Source: Octopus bimaculoides
Taxonomy: Eukaryota
Length of the DNA stretch: 38,846 nt
Assembly (NCBI RefSeq): GCF_001194135.2
Contig: NC_068987.1
Span: forward strand, 65,584,107 to 65,622,952
Direction: 5' to 3'
Each line of letters begins with the position of its first letter. Within the stretch, counting starts at the first letter, position 1. A program made the position numbers and the translations under genes. Positions 1 to 11,773 of this stretch are shown here, piece by piece. The notes under the pieces were generated by a model. It was not told where the DNA came from. It did no database searches and saw only the letters and a program-made list of their open reading frames with translations.

Positions 1-15
1 CACTTGGCCATTGCG

Positions 16-16
<1 letters not shown>

Positions 17-70
<54 letters not shown>
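17..70. repeat. (CA)n microsatellite
   Basis: Continuous CA run. Confidence 0.95.
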
Positions 71-74
<4 letters not shown>

Positions 75-147
75 AAATTAAGGATAAAACCATTTTAATG
101 ATTTTATTAAGTGGTCAGTGTGTAATAAAACTATACAGGTAGCAATT

Positions 148-487
148 TATACTAATATATAATTATATAATGCAATGATATTAAAGGGATAAACCCTACC
201 AATACGTTAGAAGTAGACGCCAAATGTCGAAAAAACACATCTACACTCCCTTAGCATAAGTTGTAAGCGGGCAGATGAATAAACGAATGAGAATTTTTTT
301 AAAAATGGTTAATTGTAGATCGATTTCTAGCCTAGGGTTGTAAAACCCCTTGCTGCCATCATTGCAACTTGTGCCAACGGAGTGTAGATGTGGTTTTTAG
401 AGTCATTTGGCGTCTATTTCTAGCGTGTTGATGGGGCTTATCCGCACCCTTTAATATATTCGTATCATATAATTATATATTAGTATA
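148..487. mobile_element. Inverted-repeat element (~120-bp arms), probable PLE pseudo-LTR remnant
   Basis: 148-266 (TATACTAATATATAATTATA...TAGACGCCAAATG...CACATCTACACTCC...AAGTTGTAA) is the diverged reverse complement of 362-487. An HHR-like fold overlaps the spacer. Confidence 0.6.
311..369 (-). ncRNA. Degenerate or variant type I hammerhead-like motif
   Basis: Minus strand: AGTTGCA-ATGATGG-CAGCAAGGGGTTTTACAACCCTAGGCTA-GAAA-TCGA-TC-TACAATT. Helix III is the palindrome ATCGAT with an ATC triplet. The core differs from CTGATGA at 2 positions. Confidence 0.45.
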
Positions 488-533
488 TATATATATATAT
501 ACATACACACACACACTAATATATATACACTAA

Positions 534-641
534 TCCTGACCCAAAAGGATTGAAAGTGTTTTTTTTCCAGTTTTTGATTTTTTTGTTCATTTTTTGTTTG
601 TTTATTTTTTTCGATTTCTTCTTTTACCTACAGTAAATTTT
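534..641. repeat. 108-bp dispersed repeat, copy 1
   Basis: TCCTGACCCAAAAGGATTGAAAGTG...CTTCTTTTACCTACAGTAAATTTT, recurring at 2377-2484. Confidence 0.9.
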
Positions 642-675
642 ATATATATATTTATATATATATATATATATATAT

Positions 676-927
676 NNNNNNNNNNNNNNNNNNNNNNNNN
701 NNNNNNNNNNNNNNNNNNNNNNNNNNNNNNNNNNNNNNNNNNNNNNNNNNNNNNNNNNNNNNNNNNNNNNNNNNNNNNNNNNNNNNNNNNNNNNNNNNNN
801 NNNNNNNNNNNNNNNNNNNNNNNNNNNNNNNNNNNNNNNNNNNNNNNNNNNNNNNNNNNNNNNNNNNNNNNNNNNNNNNNNNNNNNNNNNNNNNNNNNNN
901 NNNNNNNNNNNNNNNNNNNNNNNNNNN
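676..927. other. Assembly gap
   Basis: N run after (TA)n. Confidence 1.
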
Positions 928-1377
928 ATATATACAAACAATCACAAACATGTACATATTTGATAAAACGCGGTAACATGCTTTCCAAAACAAATTATTC
1001 ACATTGATTATCTCTCAATCTCTTCCGTACCCCCCAAAAAACCACAATAATTACTTGAGCATAGACGTAAATATATCACATAAAAGTACTGTGAATTCAC
1101 ACGGATACAAAAGATAGGACAGTCAGAGCTTTCCTTTTACAACAAAGAGATAATCCACGTTATAAGAACTGATACTAATAATTGGGATACTTGATTGGTT
1201 TACAGAGGAAACTATTCCATTGATATTCAAGCCTGTAAGGTTTTAAATGCAAGTAGGTGGAAACTCTCTAAATAGTGATATTTGTAAGTTATATCTTAAA
1301 AAGAAAAGATAGAGACGTAAGATCAGTCCGGAAAGCTCTTGATTTTTCGAAAGAAATACCGCTAAATAGTGGGCAAA

Positions 1378-1510
1378 GTATGACCGAATGGCTCAAAAGT
1401 TCCTTCCTCACGCAAGAGGGCCTGGGCTCAATCCCACTGAATGATATCTTGGGCTGACGTCATGTTCTATAACCTTGGACACGTGCAGTTTGATAGACGG
1501 AAACTATCGG
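1378..1510 (+). mobile_element. Decayed tRNA-derived CORE-type SINE
   Basis: GGGCTCAATCCCACTG...TCTTGGGC...TTTGATAGACGGAAACT aligns by eye to the better copy at 9291-9456. Confidence 0.5.
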
Positions 1511-2376
1511 TGAATTGTATCTGAAGTTCAAAAAATACACACCGATTCTACTTGGGAAATACGTTAAGGGTACCTAGGTTTGTTCGGCCACCTGCACGTC
1601 AGTTCAGGAACAAGTAATTCTGTTGACCGAGTGACTGAATCCCCATCGTTGAAAGACGGAGATCCACCATCACAACAGTTAAATAACAGCAACAAATAAA
1701 CACTTTATGCAAGTGTTCAAAAGCAAGGCTATTATGAGCTTGATAGGAGTGAACTTCAAAAGTAATTAATTTCTTTGAAGATATTCTTTGCCACTCCATA
1801 TCTGACCACGAAAACAAGTTGAGCAAAAATCTGTAGGAAAAATATATTATGCATACCAACATAAGGTTATTCATGAGTATGAATCTCATAAACTTGGGTA
1901 AGGTGCCAATGTTTACAGGAAGTGCAACTTCTCTCCGACTCAAAACATCTACACTGTATCATATTTCGAAAATTAAAGAATTTTAATCCAAGAACAAGAG
2001 ATAACTGCAATGAACCTGTTGAAGAAATCGATTATACTATATATTTGTGAAAGGCAATACGTACGTAATCAGATCATCATCGCCCTAAAATATACCGTGT
2101 ATATTAGTGATTAAATCGCATTGGTAGTTAAATCACACCTCCGTGCTTTTTCTCATAATAACATTCTTGGCTTAATCCATGATTCGCATACAAGTCACAG
2201 GTTGTGTTTATCATTACTCTATGCTTGGCTTAAATTTCTATAAAAATACTTAACTAAATATCATATATTTCCTCGTAGTATAGACAACAATATGCAGGCA
2301 ATACAGCGTGGTACCTGCTCTATTTCTGTATGTTACAATGGCAATGCATGCCAACGATATTTAACGAGATTCCCCG

Positions 2377-2484
2377 TCCTGACCAAAAAGGCTTGAAAGT
2401 GGTTTATTTTCAGTTTTTGCTTTTTTTGTTCGTTTTTTGTTTGTTTATTTTTTTCGTTTTCTTCTTTTACCTACAGTAAATTTT
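2377..2484. repeat. 108-bp dispersed repeat, copy 2
   Basis: Direct match to 534-641 with scattered substitutions. Confidence 0.9.
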
Positions 2485-2597
2485 AGGATTCAGAAATTAT
2501 TTTGTTTTGATTATTAACTATACACATAAATGACAAAAGTGCGCTACTATTACAGTATGAAATTAAGCAGCGAATACAATATTTTATAGATTACTAA

Positions 2598-2829
2598 GGC
2601 GATGAGCTGGCAGAAACTTTAGCGCGCTAGGCGAAATGTTTAGTGGTATTTCGACTGCCGTTACGTTTTGAGTTCAAATTCCGCCGAGGTCGACTTTGCC
2701 TTTTATCCTTTTGGAGTCGATAAATTAAGTACCAATTACGTATTGGGGTCGATGTAATCGACTTAATCCCTTTGCCTGTCCTTGTTTGTCCCCTCTATGT
2801 TTAGCCCCTTGTGGGCAATAAAGAAATAA
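2598..2829 (+). mobile_element. tRNA-derived SINE, near full length
   Basis: A-box-like TGGCAGAAACTTTAG and B-box GAGTTCAAATTCC, then GAGGTCGACTTTGCC...GTCGATAAATTAAGTACC. Same family recurs at 2830, 3024, 27655 and 37067. Confidence 0.9.
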
Positions 2830-3020
2830 GAAACGTTAGCATGCCGGGCAAAATGCTTAGCGGTATTTCGTCTGTCTTTATGTTCAAATTCCACCGAAGT
2901 CGACTTTGCCTTTCATTCTTTCGGGATCGATAAGTTAATTGCCAGTTGCGTACTGGCGTCAATCGACTGGCCCCCTCCCCCAAAATTTTGGACCTTGTGC
3001 CTTGAGTAGAAAAGAATATT
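2830..3020 (+). mobile_element. tRNA-derived SINE, 5'-truncated second copy
   Basis: GAAACGTTAGCATGCCGGGC...GTTCAAATTCC...GCCTTGAGTAGAAAAGAATATT. Confidence 0.9.
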
Positions 3021-3023
3021 TAA

Positions 3024-3203
3024 GGCGGCGAGCTGGCAAAAACGTTAGTACGCCGGGCGAAATGCATTGCGGTATTTCGTCTGTCTTTACTTTATGAGTT
3101 CAAATCCCGCCGAGGTCGACTTTGCCTTTCATCCTTTCGGGGTCAATAAATTAAGTACCAGTTGCGTACTGGTGTCAACTGTCCCGTCCCCCAAAATTTT
3201 GTA
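3024..3203 (+). mobile_element. tRNA-derived SINE, third copy
   Basis: GGCGGCGAGCTGGCAAAAACGTTAG...GAGTTCAAATCCCGCCGAGGTCGAC. Confidence 0.9.
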
Positions 3204-3369
3204 TGATTCATATGCAAAGTTTTACATTGTATATCTATGAGGGAAAGTACGACTGATAGAAGTGCATGTGTATTTCTATAATTATTACTTCGGCATAACG
3301 TTATTGCTAAGCAAATATTTGTTATACATAGGAAGGACTGCATGAAGACAAATGCTACTCGTGTGGCGT

Positions 3370-3780
3370 TTTTGTGGGTTCCTTTTGTTATTAGATTGGT
3401 CCCGAGTCCAGAGAAAGAGTCTATGCTCCTTGGTCTTCACAGGGCCTCCGAAATCGGTGAAATTTATGCCGTTAATGCTTTTCTCGATCAGTAGGTTGAT
3501 GGCTTCTGAGAAAAATCTGTAGAGTGGGAATTCCAGAAGTCTGAGGTTCTGGAGAGGAAGGACTGGACGTAGTCACAAGGGTGGCACACAATAAGGGTAG
3601 GTTGAAACAGTAAGGATAAAGTGGAAAAGACAAAGTGGCTCTGGAGTGGTGATGGCAAAACTTTGCTAGGTCCGAACATGAGAAGCTTTTGTGGAAGTAG
3701 TAGAAAAGTCTGCAGCACGTCCGTGAGCCGGAGATTAGATAAACACCCTCGTACATGGTGGCTTTTTTGTGGTGCGATCT
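3370..3780 (-). mobile_element. 3' end of a CR1/L2-like non-LTR retrotransposon (decayed)
   Basis: Frameshifted minus-strand peptides CRLFYYFHKSFSCSDLAKF, HSRATLSFPLYPYCFNLP and DYVQSFLSRTSDFWNSH resemble the LFYRY..CS.EL / SFFPRT..LWNSLP C-terminus of this LINE group. Confidence 0.65.
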
Positions 3781-5549
3781 AAGATGTCAATAATTTTAAC
3801 AGCAGTGTTATCCTACATGTGTTGCAGTACACCATTTTCTATTTTTGTTGGTTCCAACTGAGATTTGTAGACGGTCAATTGTTGTTAGATGCTAAATGAT
3901 TTCCTGTTCCACAAAAGAAAGACCACAATTTAACAACGAGAATATTGATGAAACGTTCTCGTCAATATTCTCATCATATACAATAATAATAGACATGACA
4001 TAGTCGTGTGAATCAGAAACCAAAATTTATGTATTTTGTAGCGGTGAGCTACCAAGATTAGTGGAGTATTTCTTTCACTATAGGTAATAGAAGGGAAGAT
4101 TTATCCACAACTGTTTTGGAACCAATAGCTTTTATACCTAGACCATATATTTATATTAGTATCTATGACTTTTAGTGCGGTTTATTCATATGAAGTGTTT
4201 AAACTAGAGTTTTCAAGCAAATAGAGTCACCATCAAACTGGTATTCCACAAATTTAATACAAAATGAGAAATAGTGTAAATATGTATGTGAGAATGTGCG
4301 TATGAATATGTGAGTGAATAAATATGCGTGTATGTGCAGTCTTAAATGTAAAAATGTGATATAAAGCATTACGAGTATTTTATGTCATCTACAACACGTA
4401 GGTTTCGAGTAATGTGTCAATGGAATGTCAACGCTTCATTCCCAATTCTCGTGCTATTAACCTTTACTGACGTATGTAACTTCCAGCTTCATCTCATTCA
4501 TAGATTACTTTTACTTTATTTAGACAACATTTTAATACAGAGATCTCCTGTGACACGGAAACTCTGGTTATGGTTATAGAAGCGGTTGTGCTGTTTGTTT
4601 GTTTTTTTACCATCGAAGAAATGCATCACAAATTGCAACATAGATGTCAGTAGGAAAATAGGATTTAGATTATGGATGTCCCCTCATTACAGTAAAGACA
4701 TCAAGTGTGCAAATATTCTTAACATGAGGGATTGCTGTATTTTCAATTTAACGTACAATTTAATATAATTATTTTATCTAATTCGACATTGTAACAAACT
4801 ATGATAGTAAATTAACCTTACTTGATGATATTAAGATAGCTATCGTCTGCTCTCCAGGTCAAATTCTTGATTACCATAATCTACAATTTTTCTCTTAATC
4901 ACTCTTTATTCCGATTAATCCCCAGTAACTTAATTAAGCAATATTCCTACAACATCTACCGTTTCTCCAATTTGGCATAACTACATACAAGCTCATGATG
5001 TTACGATTGCAATATCTTAATTACCGTAACCAAAGTTGATAATTCATAAAATCGCTTTATCGTCATACTTTTTCTGACTGTCTATTGGTTCAAAGTTTAA
5101 GCACTCGAAATAATATGCACACTGGTAAATTTAGAAAAAAATTTATATGAATTACAGCCATCATGTTTCGAATTCAAATGTCTAACTTTCTAAATTCATA
5201 AAAAAAACTGATTTATGTCTTGTGGTTGGTTATTTAAATAAGAGCCTAGTTTCAAAATTTCATTTTTTTCTTAAATTTAATTCCATATATTACCTATACA
5301 TTAGCAATATTTTTTCTAAATATGGTATCTAACTATTCCACTTTCAAAATTTACTCCACCACTTGCCAAATCTCTATCAGCCTCTCACCCCTGTTTTTCT
5401 CCCTACTTTCCTTCATTTTGGCAAATAAATATTTTTCCCGATAAAAGAAATAAGGAATTCTAAGAGGAATGAAGCAGATCTGCCAATTTCTACGTAGACA
5501 AAATAAGTAGTTACCATTTACTGTGTTGAAAGTATTGAATTGGTGAAGC

Positions 5550-5720
5550 AATGTACATACATACATACATACATACATACATACATACATACGTACATAC
5601 ACACATACATACATACACATATACATACATACGTACATACATACATACGTACATGCATACATACGTACATACATACATACGTACGTATACGTATGCTATC
5701 TATGTGTGTATGTATGTATT
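5550..5720. repeat. (TACA)n microsatellite
   Basis: Imperfect TACA array; source of the HTYI/MYVC pseudo-ORFs. Confidence 0.95.
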
Positions 5721-5838
5721 CGCACGAAATTATGAGGATTTTTTGTCGATAACTGATGGGGAATGAGCATGTCCACGTTCTGTGTAAATTTTTTCTGTGT
5801 TTACCTTTGTGGCCCTTCTGTGTTATTTTACCCTCCCC

Positions 5839-5873
<35 letters not shown>

Positions 5874-6540
5874 NNNNNNNNNNNNNNNNNNNNNNNNNNN
5901 NNNNNNNNNNNNNNNNNNNNNNNNNNNNNNNNNNNNNNNNNNNNNNNNNNNNNNNNNNNNNNNNNNNNNNNNNNNNNNNNNNNNNNNNNNNNNNNNNNNN
6001 NNNNNNNNNNNNNNNNNNNNNNNNNNNNNNNNNNNNNNNNNNNNNNNNNNNNNNNNNNNNNNNNNNNNNNNNNNNNNNNNNNNNNNNNNNNNNNNNNNNN
6101 NNNNNNNNNNNNNNNNNNNNNNNNNNNNNNNNNNNNNNNNNNNNNNNNNNNNNNNNNNNNNNNNNNNNNNNNNNNNNNNNNNNNNNNNNNNNNNNNNNNN
6201 NNNNNNNNNNNNNNNNNNNNNNNNNNNNNNNNNNNNNNNNNNNNNNNNNNNNNNNNNNNNNNNNNNNNNNNNNNNNNNNNNNNNNNNNNNNNNNNNNNNN
6301 NNNNNNNNNNNNNNNNNNNNNNNNNNNNNNNNNNNNNNNNNNNNNNNNNNNNNNNNNNNNNNNNNNNNNNNNNNNNNNNNNNNNNNNNNNNNNNNNNNNN
6401 NNNNNNNNNNNNNNNNNNNNNNNNNNNNNNNNNNNNNNNNNNNNNNNNNNNNNNNNNNNNNNNNNNNNNNNNNNNNNNNNNNNNNNNNNNNNNNNNNNNN
6501 NNNNNNNNNNNNNNNNNNNNNNNNNNNNNNNNNNNNNNNN
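5874..6540. other. Assembly gap
   Basis: N run between TA tracts. Confidence 1.
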
Positions 6541-6813
6541 ATATATATATATGCATATGTATATATGTACATATATATATGTATACGTATATATATATAT
6601 ATATATACATATATATATTTATGTATATCTATATATATGCATATATCTATATATATATACACATATATATGCATATATATACACACATATATATACATAT
6701 ATATATGTATATACATTTATATATATACATATATATGTATATACATTTACATATATATATATATAAATATATATACATATGCATATATATATAGGTGTGT
6801 GAGTAGATATAGA

Positions 6814-6854
<41 letters not shown>

Positions 6855-6855
6855 G
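6541..6855. repeat. Compound (TA)n/(CA)n microsatellite
   Basis: Low-complexity dinucleotide mosaic. Confidence 0.95.
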
Positions 6856-7032
6856 GGTGTTTATGTCTGCAAGTGCATATATATATATGTCTATGTGTAT
6901 GTATGTACACATATGCGCGTATGTACTTAAAAGTACAATAATGTTATTTCATCAAATGCAATTTATTCTGATGTTTGTTTCTTAATATTTCACTTGTTTT
7001 ATAATATTTTTCTCCTTCATTTTATGCGCCTT

Positions 7033-7035
<3 letters not shown>

Positions 7036-7118
<83 letters not shown>
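7036..7118. repeat. (CT)n microsatellite
   Basis: CT run. Confidence 0.95.
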
Positions 7119-7122
<4 letters not shown>

Positions 7123-7439
7123 TTTCGATTATATGATCCCGAAAGAACGTTTCCCTATTTTCCACATCGATCCTATTACACAAATAAATAAAACCTAACA
7201 CTAACATACAAGAAAATAAGATACGAGTAGGAAGGAAACGAAAATCAATATGTCCTACAACATAGAAATAGGCATTTTCGTACAAATGTTGTGGGTATGG
7301 CTGTAAATGTTGTTGGCAGCAAAAGACAGTAATGAGAGGTGAGGTGAAATATGGATGTGACGTGGATTGTACAAAGGCGAAACTCTGATTTATTGGAGAA
7401 ATTGTAACGGAAATATGTGTGCGTGCATACATTCGTGGC

Positions 7440-7620
7440 TTGTGTTTATATGTATGTATATATGTATGTATGTATGTATGTATATATGTATGCATGTATG
7501 TATGCATGTATGTATGTATGTATGTATGTACATGTGTATGTGCGTGCTTGTGTATGTATGTATGTATGTTTGTATGTATGTGTGTGTACGAGTGTGTGTA
7601 TGTATGTATGCATGTATGTA
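7440..7620. repeat. (TATG)n microsatellite
   Basis: Imperfect TATG array. Confidence 0.95.
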
Positions 7621-8792
7621 TCTCATTAATAAGTTTTATTTCAAGATTTCTTGCCAATAGAGAAGGGACCAGTTTCTAACCTAAATCCAAGGTTCCTTCA
7701 GTGGAATTTCAACAACATCAATAGAGTATTTGTTTATGTTTGTGTGTATGAGCACAGTATTTGGTGACAGTGCATGTGCAGACTTGTATGACTTGTTTTA
7801 TGTATATATTCTCATGTATATATTCTCATGCATGTCTAGACATGCTCCTATATACTTATATGGTAAAATTCTGGAAAGTTTTACAAATTTTTACAGTTCC
7901 AGTGATGGTTTGGATCTCAAGCCTACATTCTCCCTTCTGATTTTGTGAAGTTTGATTTCTCAAGATTCATACATACGTAGAGTGTTACATAATTTGCGAT
8001 CTGAGCGGTGTTATGTGTTATATTAAGGCGCTTCCGATTTGTCCTATATAATTTCCTCTACATCCTGAGATTATATTGAATTGGCTAAAACGTCCATTTG
8101 ATTTTTATCTACGCTAAAATTCAAGGATTCTAATATGTAGCTAATTGAAACTTCAAGCTGTGTACAAGGAGGACTCTGTTACGGTACATGTACCAGAAAT
8201 AGTTTTTCAGGATTTCGCCCGAGAAAATTTTCGGTTGAAAATGGACCTCACTCTGGCCTCACTCTGAGAATAACAGCAATAAAATGGAACCACAAACACC
8301 AAACTCTCCCATTCATAAAATGGCACATATCAGAGGCAGTTTCAAGTAGTGGAAGTGGAGCAAAGCTAACAGCGGAGCTCCAGCATGACCGCAGCTTCCG
8401 AGTTGAAGTATAAATAAATAAATAAATGAATATATATGTGCGTATAAGTATGGATGCGTGCGCGCAAGTATGAATACATGCAAATATGCATACTTGAAAT
8501 TTTCTGGTTTGCACTGTAAATACAAAAACACTCTTATAATTGTATACATCATATATATAGATATGATACATATATGTGCGTATGTGTGTTTGTATGTATT
8601 ATTGGATGCATATGTTTCAACATACGTTTCGCTTCTGTCAACAATGTACCAAGGCTCCATGAGCCAACACCTGAGCCTCTGCGTGGTCACATATAGCAGC
8701 TGAATTCCCCCTAAAATTTTTCTTACATCAAGTAAAGTAAGAACACATGACCAAATGTAGTCTTACATAATCTAGAAGGACGGATGATCATG

Positions 8793-8876
8793 CTTATGAT
8801 CAAAGGCAATCCAGCATGACCTTATGATCAAAGGCAATCCAGCATGACCTTATGATCAAAGGCAATCTAGCATGAC
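8793..8876. repeat. 28-bp tandem repeat x3
   Basis: CTTATGATCAAAGGCAATCCAGCATGAC three times; one substitution in unit 3. Confidence 0.95.
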
Positions 8877-9041
8877 CATCTTAACCTCATCTTCAGATAT
8901 AGTATATCCAGATCTGCAATTTCGAATCTGCTTTGCCGTTTTTAAAATGTTAGGATGCAATCTGAGATAAGTTTAGCTGTTATTTCTAAAAGAACGTGCA
9001 ACTTTTACTTACATTTTTTTTGTTCTTTTATCTTTTACATT

Positions 9042-9218
9042 TTACATGTTTCAGTCATTAGACTGCGGCCATGCTAGGGCACCACCTGAATTGAACAAAT
9101 CGACCCCAGGACTTAATTTTTAAGCCGGGTACTTATTCTATCGGCTCTTCTGCCGAACCGCTACGTTACGGGAACGTAAACACCAACATCGCTTGTCAAG
9201 TGCTGATGGGGGGGGGGA
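9042..9218 (-). mobile_element. SINE body/tail (octopus-type family)
   Basis: TTTCAGTCATTAGACTGCGGCCATGCT...ATCGACCCCAGGACTT...GTACTTATTCTATCGG...GCTTGTCAAG, a family recalled from octopus. A similar tail stub lies at ~8372-8395. Confidence 0.55.
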
Positions 9219-9290
9219 GGAGGGAGGGATACAAACACGCGCACGCCGCGCACACACACACACATATATACATATATATATATATATATA

Positions 9291-9456
9291 TACGACGGGC
9301 TTCTTTCAGTTTCTGTCTACTAAATCCGCTCACAAGGCTTTGGTTGGTCCGAAGCTATAGTAAAAGACACTTGCCCAATGTGCCAGACAGTGGGACTGAG
9401 CACGGAACCATGTGGTTGGGAAACAAGCTTCTTACCACGCAGCCACTCCTGCGCCT
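9291..9456 (-). mobile_element. tRNA-derived CORE-type SINE
   Basis: Minus strand: GGCGCAGGAGTGGCTGCGTGGTAAG (A box) ...GCTCAGTCCC (B-box-like) ...CATTGGGCAAGTGTCTT (CORE-like) ...GAAACTGAAAGAAGCCCGTCGTA then TA tail. Confidence 0.85.
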
Positions 9457-10249
9457 ATTTAGCTTTACATTATTCACATGCTATACCGCCGGCGGCTCTT
9501 TCCATTTGGTCACTTTACACGATATAACATCTACTCACTGCATCTCTCACATAATCCCTCTCTTTCTATCTCCCTTTCTCTTTCTCTTTCTCTACTATCT
9601 AGCTTACTGTCTATCTAGCTCTCACTCTCTTTTTAACCCTGTCTCTCTGTCTCTCATTCCTTCTCTCTCTTTCGCTCTCTGTTTCTAAATTAACTACGTA
9701 TGCTCACTTATTCTCTGTCTTCTTAATTACATTTTCCACTTCTTCCCTCCACCAACCCTTCACAATCTCTTGTTCTGTTTCTTCTATGATTCCCCCTTCT
9801 TAGGTTTCTAAATACACACACACACTTACACACACACACACACACACACACACACGCGCACATGCGCGCAAACACACTCACACACTCACACATATTCTGT
9901 ATACACTCGAAGTGTGTGTGAGTGTGTATAAATATATAAATATATGCACATACAAACATACATAATCACTTGTTTATATATTTAATTATTACATGTCTGT
10001 TAGCATTTTGCATGGAAGATGCGCAAGCCATCCTGTAATATTTGTATACCTTGCATAGAATTGTGAAACCAAGGTGAGAAGCTCTACATTGTTGTTAAGA
10101 GAAATCATATCAAGGATGATCTGGAGGCATCAAAGCCTAACGAATACATGATCCGTTAGATTTCACGAGAAACTTCGGAATTAATTGAATTTCGCAAAGT
10201 AGGTTATCATTATTATCCAGTAACTTTACTTCTTGCTTTACTGAATATC

Positions 10250-10378
10250 ATTATCATCATCATCACCGTCATCGTCGCCGTAGTCATCGTCGTCGCCGTC
10301 GTCATCGTCGTCGCCGTCGTCATCGTCGTCGCCGTCGTCATCGTCGTCGTTGTCGTCGTCGTCATCATCATCAACAAC
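10250..10378. repeat. (ATC)n/(GTC)n trinucleotide mosaic with an 18-bp higher-order unit
   Basis: GTCATCGTCGTCGCCGTC repeated about 3-4 times. Confidence 0.9.
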
Positions 10379-10452
10379 GATGGCACACAGTATGGAAAAC
10401 AGACGGAACCGTCATGGATGCAATGTCTTAGATCTGCTGGAACTAACTGGAG

Positions 10453-11075
10453 NNNNNNNNNNNNNNNNNNNNNNNNNNNNNNNNNNNNNNNNNNNNNNNN
10501 NNNNNNNNNNNNNNNNNNNNNNNNNNNNNNNNNNNNNNNNNNNNNNNNNNNNNNNNNNNNNNNNNNNNNNNNNNNNNNNNNNNNNNNNNNNNNNNNNNNN
10601 NNNNNNNNNNNNNNNNNNNNNNNNNNNNNNNNNNNNNNNNNNNNNNNNNNNNNNNNNNNNNNNNNNNNNNNNNNNNNNNNNNNNNNNNNNNNNNNNNNNN
10701 NNNNNNNNNNNNNNNNNNNNNNNNNNNNNNNNNNNNNNNNNNNNNNNNNNNNNNNNNNNNNNNNNNNNNNNNNNNNNNNNNNNNNNNNNNNNNNNNNNNN
10801 NNNNNNNNNNNNNNNNNNNNNNNNNNNNNNNNNNNNNNNNNNNNNNNNNNNNNNNNNNNNNNNNNNNNNNNNNNNNNNNNNNNNNNNNNNNNNNNNNNNN
10901 NNNNNNNNNNNNNNNNNNNNNNNNNNNNNNNNNNNNNNNNNNNNNNNNNNNNNNNNNNNNNNNNNNNNNNNNNNNNNNNNNNNNNNNNNNNNNNNNNNNN
11001 NNNNNNNNNNNNNNNNNNNNNNNNNNNNNNNNNNNNNNNNNNNNNNNNNNNNNNNNNNNNNNNNNNNNNNNNNNN
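10453..11075. other. Assembly gap
   Basis: N run. Confidence 1.
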
Positions 11076-11136
11076 TATATATATATATATATATATGTAT
11101 ATCTGTAAAAATATGTGACACTTATTCGGTAACCAT

Positions 11137-11197
11137 GATAAAACTCCGAGTTTCGGATGCCGGGGCGGAAACCCACGCCGCCATCTCTTCAGTTATC
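11137..11197 (-). ncRNA. Type I hammerhead ribozyme motif
   Basis: Minus strand: GATAA-CTGAAGA-GATGGCGG cgtgggttt CCGCCCCGGCATCC-GAAA-CTCGGAG-TT-TTATC. Complete core, stem I GATAA/TTATC, near-palindromic helix III ACTCGGAGT, GTT triplet. Confidence 0.8.
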
Positions 11198-11263
11198 TGG
11201 CCAAGGAATGTAGGTAAGGGAGTAAAAAGCCCATAGTATTCGCGTAAGCGCACCAATCCGTAC

Positions 11264-11773
11264 ATGCCCCTATATGTATATACTCATCCACTCTCGCTTG
11301 AAACACACACATGCTCACCCACACATTCATGCACAGATAAAAATTTGTGCCTGCTAAATGGAGCTTGCATGTCCGAGACCATCATTTATGAGGCCACCGT
11401 GGACTCTATATCCACTAAGGACAGAGTTTCGACGAAGAAATACGTGGGCCTTACAGAGGGAAATTTCAAGGCCAGATTCAATAATCACACTTTGAGCTTC
11501 AGGTACTTGGATAAAAGGAAAACGATCAAATTATCCAGTCATATATGGTCCTTAAAAGGTGTCAGTTACAACATCCATTGGGAGATCTTAGCCAAGTGTA
11601 AACCTTACACCAACGGCAGCGGAAAGTGCGGTCTATGTGATATGGAAATATGGCTCATTTGGAAAGGCAGCTTAGACCCCACCACATGTCTAAATTCAAG
11701 AACTGAACTTTTTGGATCATGTCTACATGTGGCTAAATATTTACTACGTTTTTGGTCCCCCCGAGATTACTGA
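11264..11773 (+). CDS. GIY-YIG endonuclease domain of a Penelope-like retroelement (no RT attached)
   Basis: CTDKNLCLLNGAC, IIYEATV, KYVGLTEGNFKARFNNHTLSF, LSSHIWSLK, KPYTNGSGKCGLCDME, LNSRTE..CLH match PLE C-terminal endonucleases. No stop over 169 codons. Homology starts near 11310, so the first ATG may be fortuitous. Confidence 0.85.
   Translation: MPLYVYTHPLSLETHTCSPTHSCTDKNLCLLNGACMSETIIYEATVDSISTKDRVSTKKYVGLTEGNFKARFNNHTLSFRYLDKRKTIKLSSHIWSLKGVSYNIHWEILAKCKPYTNGSGKCGLCDMEIWLIWKGSLDPTTCLNSRTELFGSCLHVAKYLLRFWSPRDY

Noticed and set aside
1599-1943. 114-aa minus-strand ORF with an internal TTTTTCCTACAG acceptor
   Set aside because: No recognisable homology; the apparent intron would be only 26 nt.
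2598-2690. tRNA gene-like A and B boxes
   Set aside because: These are SINE heads with no complete cloverleaf; no CRISPR array, rRNA or true tRNA was seen.
4850-4990. KLLGI...TW peptide resembling an L1/Tx1 RT
   Set aside because: Too short and decayed to support.
5351-7679. Many long ORFs in the track (YI, HT, CV, SL repeats), also at 17.8-19.1, 21-22.5 and 30.1-30.6 kb
   Set aside because: They are translations of microsatellites and N-gaps, not genes.
10230-10400. Poly-Asp or poly-Thr/Met reading on the minus strand
   Set aside because: Trinucleotide microsatellite. The Asp frame has a stop shortly upstream, and the longer frame runs into a gap.
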